Positions 63,601 through 64,000 of a stretch of 64,000 nt of DNA are shown here, piece by piece. Source of the DNA: an uncultured Desulfobulbaceae bacterium. Lineage in GTDB: Bacteria; Desulfobacterota; Dissulfuribacteria; Dissulfuribacterales; DYLC01. The stretch lies in NCBI GenBank assembly GCA_964427245.1, contig CAYRSX010000038.1:2495-66494 (forward strand). The letters are read 5' to 3'. The notes beneath the pieces are model-generated. The model was not told where the DNA came from. It did not search any database and saw only the letters and a program-made list of their open reading frames with translations. Numbering within the stretch: position 1 is the stretch's first letter; the number at the start of each line of letters is the position of its first letter. Position numbers and translations under genes: made by a program.

Positions 63601-64000
63601 ATGAGAATAGCAGAAATAGAGGCATTGGAAAAACTCAAGAAGGAAGGGGCTGATGACCTTCCGTCACTTGAAAGGCGCAAGTTTTTACAGATCGGTCTGG
63701 CTGTTACAGGTGTCTTCGCCGGTGGCACCATCCTTTCTTTGACTGCCGCCAAGGAAAGCCTTGCAGCCCTGGACGGTATAGAGCAGAGAAAATTCCCATA
63801 TAAACCCCATTATGCCATGGTCATGAGACAGGACAAGTGTGTGGATTGCCAGCTTTGTATGGATGCCTGTGTAAAGACCAACAATGTGCCGGATTATGGT
63901 TATCGCACTACAATTTTGGAGAGGGAGGTTGAGCTCGCTCCGGACAAAAAATTTCGAGAATTTATACCGGTATTGTGTAATCAGTGTAATAAGCCGCCCT
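63601..64000 (+). CDS. 4Fe-4S dicluster subunit with a Tat-like signal (molybdopterin-oxidoreductase or membrane redox-complex FeS subunit); 3' end outside the window
   Basis: SD GGAGG, then ATG at 63601. My own translation is MRIAEIEALEKLKKEGADDLPSLERRKFLQIGLAVTGVFAGG...MRQDKCVDCQLCMDACVKTNNVP...VLCNQCNKPP. It shows an RRxFL twin-arginine motif and CxxCxxCxxxC / CxxC ferredoxin motifs. It is absent from the ORF track because no stop codon falls within the window. Confidence 0.7.
   Translation, partial: MRIAEIEALEKLKKEGADDLPSLERRKFLQIGLAVTGVFAGGTILSLTAAKESLAALDGIEQRKFPYKPHYAMVMRQDKCVDCQLCMDACVKTNNVPDYGYRTTILEREVELAPDKKFREFIPVLCNQCNKPP

Overview
This looks like a chromosomal segment from an anaerobic, Desulfobacterota-like (deltaproteobacterial) genome. 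That placement rests on gene content: desulfoferrodoxin, rubrerythrin, a flavodiiron protein, four-subunit 2-oxoacid:ferredoxin oxidoreductase, multihaem cytochromes, tRNA-Sec and an 11-subunit Nuo. All family calls come from motifs read in the supplied translations; no database search was possible.

Gene order:
- pseB/pseC (partial), aroB, tRNA-Sec
- a ~1460-aa secreted multicopper oxidase, a SprA-related HExxH protein, comEC, gmhA
- a pentahaem cytochrome c interrupted by an in-frame TGA
- a small secreted repeat protein
- cheX / PHP / bifunctional nuclease / miaB / DUF4911, then PilZ, pyk, eno, FmdE-like
- an eight-gene minus-strand RsbR-RsbS-RsbT (stressosome-type) operon with two-component-like partners
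- mgtA plus an EIIA(Ntr)-like protein, porGDAB, pyrB, pyrC
- an NtrC-type regulator and its kinase, a GATase, DAHP synthase
- a PerR-headed oxygen-defence island: rbr, prx, pentahaem cytochrome, dfx, ftn, tandem rubredoxin, DsrE-like, flavodiiron protein, a desulforedoxin-tailed unknown
- a HEAT-like protein plus a sigma-54 activator
- nuoABCDHIJKLMN with no nuoEFG
- the start of a Tat-signal FeS subunit

No transposase, integrase, CRISPR array or recognisable defence system was seen.

Most notable observations:
1. The split cytochrome is most simply read as one selenocysteine-containing pentahaem cytochrome.
2. A mosaic family of short GC-rich hairpin or palindromic repeat modules fills at least ten intergenic regions. 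It includes a nested 40-nt insertion and a 39-nt in-frame copy inside comEC.
3. The stressosome operon pairs a kinase that has an intact ATP-binding domain but Asp in place of the H-box His with a His-bearing protein that lacks ATP-binding motifs.
4. The giant OmpB-like multicopper oxidase carries a six-repeat C-terminal module.
5. An EIIA(Ntr)-like protein with Gln in place of the phospho-His is coupled to mgtA.
6. An uncharacterised protein in the oxygen-defence island has a desulforedoxin-like Cys4 tail.
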